Positions 38,016 to 39,429 of a DNA stretch of 39,429 nucleotides are shown here, in pieces. Made by a program: the position numbers and the translations under genes. Numbering within the stretch: position 1 is the stretch's first letter; every line of letters starts with the position of its first letter. Origin of the DNA: Rotaria socialis. Its lineage: Eukaryota. The notes under the pieces are model-generated. The model saw only the letters and a list, made by a program, of their open reading frames with translations, was not told where the DNA came from and did no database searches. The stretch is from assembly GCA_905331295.1 (NCBI GenBank), contig CAJNYD010000213.1:1-39429 (forward strand), in the 5' to 3' direction.

Positions 38016-39345
38016 TTATGTCAATAGTTTCATACTAATAGTCATTATTTGATCGAGCGCATGAGGAAACAATAAAGTATCTGCTAGATCGTACTGTTGA
38101 TTTGCATGTATTACTAGATTGAAATCATATTTGAGAACATATTCGCAAATTTGTCGTGTTACGCTACTAGCATTGGCTGCTAAAACTGCCTGAAACTGTT
38201 TGGCTGATGCAGTTTCCAGTACGTGACGCTCAATAAAATACATAATGGATACTCGCCATTCTGATGGAACATCTGGCTTGACAGCGGATAGATAATTATG
38301 CATGATCGATTGTGGAAGAACATTGCTAGAGCGTACTTGTTCAAGTAGTTTGTTCTCACCAGCTACAGTCATCACGAATAGAGGAGCAACAAGTGGTGGT
38401 AAAGTAGCCACCTCCATAGATGGCTCATTCATTAAATCGCTTGATAACGAAATGCCGACAAGTCGTCTATCATTCATGACGACACCAAACGAAAGGCCAC
38501 CTTTAACAAAATCTTGCCAAAAACTATCGAATACAGCAGATGTCTGATGTTTATATTCTACTTTAAGTTCAGGACAGTTGCGATGTGCTAGCACATCAAT
38601 TTCGCCTAGATTAGCAAATGATTCGATAACAATGCCTCGAGCTTCATCTGCATCTACTTGTTCAAGTGGTATTATTTGTAACTCACTATTGTGTTCAGAA
38701 AATAAGTCACACGATTGTCCGTTTTCTGTTTGATGTAATCAGATTTCTTGTAGAGTGTTTGCATTCATCAAACGTTCTACAGTAAGATCGTTAAAGCCAA
38801 TTTGATGCAGTTTAGCAACGAACAACAATGCATTCAATGATGAACCACCGGCAGCAAAAAAGCTTCGATCGATATGAGCTCGTGGAATACCAATTTCATT
38901 GAGTACACGAAAGAAGCCTCTATCCTTTCCCGCTTCTTCTTGTTCCACTTGTGTCTCTCCAATGACATCAAGTGAACTACTTAATTTTTGCCGATCAATT
39001 TTAACAGAAATAATAAGTGGAAATTTGGCAACAGTAATACATCGTGTCGGTACTGCATAGAATGGAAGATATTTTGCTAGAGATACACGATCTAAATTCG
39101 TTGCTTGTTCAGTTTCTTACAAAAATACGACAATCTCCGAACGAGTAGATAATAAAACAGCAAGAGGCTATCGACAATTACAATGCTGTTTGAGGGTAAA
39201 CTCAATTTTGGTTAGATCAACTCGATTTCCGGCGATTTTTACCTGTATCAAAAGAAAAAAGGCAATCATTGTAATATGATAAAACTTTTCTCACTTGGGT
39301 ATCATTTCGACCATTCCAAATCTTGCCTAAGTCACCTGTGTAGAA
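38016..39345 (-). pseudogene. ebony: Ebony-like monomodular NRPS, 3' half (A-domain C-terminus, PCP, Ebony C-terminal AANAT-like domain)
   Basis: A7 FYTGDLG; A8 GRNDTQ|VKIAGNRVDL across intron 39243..39294; LPFYAVP; A10 KIDRQKL; PCP FFAAGGSSL. The C-terminal W..V..GLSF / NEP / MYFIERHVLETASAKQF resembles Ebony. In-frame stops at 39168-70, 39117-19 and 38739-41. Confidence 0.85.
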
Positions 39346-39429
39346 TGAGCCATCTATGGAGGTGGCTACTTTACCACCACTTGTTGCTCCTCTATTCGTG
39401 ATGACTGTAGCTGGTGAGAACAAACTACT
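39343..39429 (+). repeat. Perfect 87-bp inverted copy of 38344..38430 at the window end
   Basis: Exact reverse complement, with TTC microhomology at the junction. Confidence 0.92.

Noticed and set aside
3668..39345. Alternative genetic code or stop read-through explaining the in-frame stops
   Set aside because: All three stop codons occur, frameshifts coexist, and genes terminate normally with TAA/TGA.
39217..39423. 68-aa ORF as a genuine NRPS exon
   Set aside because: Its first ~26 codons are the antisense of the inverted copy and its tail reads through the intron.

Overview
AT-rich eukaryotic genomic DNA with short (~50-65 nt) spliceosomal introns. The gene families and TGTGGG-like repeats are most consistent with a bdelloid rotifer (inference). 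It is a transposon-dense accessory region in which most host genes are disabled. Contents: an intact ricin-B-type lectin ORF with a diverged partial inverted copy at the window start; two or three degenerate 7TM GPCRs; an F-box-like gene; a nest of non-autonomous DNA transposons; a full-length dead mariner; a tRNA-like cloverleaf; an array of ~19 one-LRR-per-exon units (84-nt phase-0 exons, 133-135 bp period) with variable surface residues; a foldback element carrying a CORE-like SINE and a MITE; a hAT element with an 8-bp TSD; a GST remnant; an alpha-arrestin; a transposon-type ORF; and the 3' half of an Ebony-like NRPS (A-T-C-terminal amine-selecting domain) with three in-frame stops. Single Ns at 3182, 14948 and 21773 and a perfect terminal inversion indicate assembly or amplification artefacts. 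All family assignments come from motif recognition by eye, not from database searches.
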